Source: Chiloscyllium plagiosum | Taxonomy: Eukaryota | Length of the DNA: 35,201 bases | Direction: 5' to 3' | Assembly: GCF_004010195.1 (NCBI RefSeq) | Contig: NC_057746.1 | Span: 16,936,820 to 16,972,020 of the forward strand | Shown here: positions 34,649 to 35,201 of the stretch, one piece after another | How the letters are laid out: every line of letters begins with the position of its first letter | How positions within the stretch are numbered: position 1 is the first letter of the stretch | Notes under the pieces: generated by a model | Told to the model about the DNA's origin: nothing | The model's database searches: none | The model's input: the letters and a program-made list of their open reading frames with translations, nothing else | Made by a program: the position numbers and the translations under genes

Positions 34649-34906
34649 CATAAATCACCTCCAGCTTCTCCTGCAGCCCGCTGTGCTCCACCTGACAGGA
34701 ATACTCGGCCTGATCCTCCGGATCAAACTCATTTTCGGACCTGATAGGTCTTGTCGTGATTGGGTAAGATCCCAGTGGACAGGGTCTCATCGATCAACAC
34801 TCCATCCCTCCACAGAGTTACCTCGATGGCTTGTGGGTAAAACCCAGTGACAAGACAGGACAGCCGGTTAGAATCACCCAGATGGTAAAGGACACGATGG
34901 GGGCAA
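34649..34906 (-). pseudogene. MHC class I copy C, alpha3 exon with frameshifts
   Basis: About 92% identical to the copy B alpha3 by hand count. A 1-bp deletion near 34884 gives TAA at 34820-34818; there is a 5-bp deletion near 34731. Splice sites are intact. Confidence 0.92.
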
Positions 34907-34964
34907 CTGAGGGAGAGAGGAAGAGGAGTCAGTGCAGGAACATAGAGATACTAAATCCCAGGCA

Positions 34965-35201
34965 TTCACTCACACTCACCCGTCCTCCACCACTCCCCTT
35001 TATCAACACTCAGCCCTCTTCACACACACTCACATCCTCCCTTCCACTCAATCACCCACACTCATGTCCTCCCCTACCTCATTCACCTACACTCACTCAT
35101 ACCCTTCCCCTCCATCCACACTCACTCCTCCCTCCCACTCTGCCATCCACACACACTAGCTCTCCACCTATACATACACTCACTCACCACCCTCCCTTCT
35201 C
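34965..35201. repeat. C/A/T-rich low complexity in copy C intron 3
   Basis: cacactcac/ccctcc repeats. Confidence 0.75.

Overview
Eukaryotic genomic DNA with six N gaps. It is most likely from a cartilaginous fish (shark), inferred from the MHC protein sequence and the CR1/Penelope/SINE repeat content. The window holds a tandem array of three MHC class I heavy-chain gene copies, all on the minus strand. The middle copy (B, 13410-20420) has 7 coding exons: leader, alpha1, alpha2, alpha3, TM and two cytoplasmic exons. All visible splice sites are GT-AG phase 1 and there are no visible stops; only the 5' end of the TM exon falls in a gap. Its promoter carries kB, IRF/Ets, S-X-Y and CCAAT-like motifs. 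Several peptide-anchoring residues are substituted (Y59A, E63K, T143I, K146R), which points to a non-classical molecule. Copy A (78-6460) is a pseudogene with a nonsense codon, no visible alpha1 exon and a decayed promoter. Copy C (29522-34906, running off the window) is a pseudogene with a frameshifted alpha3 and a highly divergent TM/cytoplasmic region. The rest is decayed CR1, RTE and Penelope-like retroelements, SINEs, a Tigger-like MITE, a 34-bp minisatellite and low-complexity DNA. The most unusual non-coding signal is a family of short (about 90-270 bp) elements derived from Penelope termini. They are often palindromic, carry minimal hammerhead-ribozyme cores (CTGAnGA-stem II-GAAA-CG-TH) and are flanked by 12-16 bp target-site duplications. 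Several lie inside introns of the intact MHC gene.
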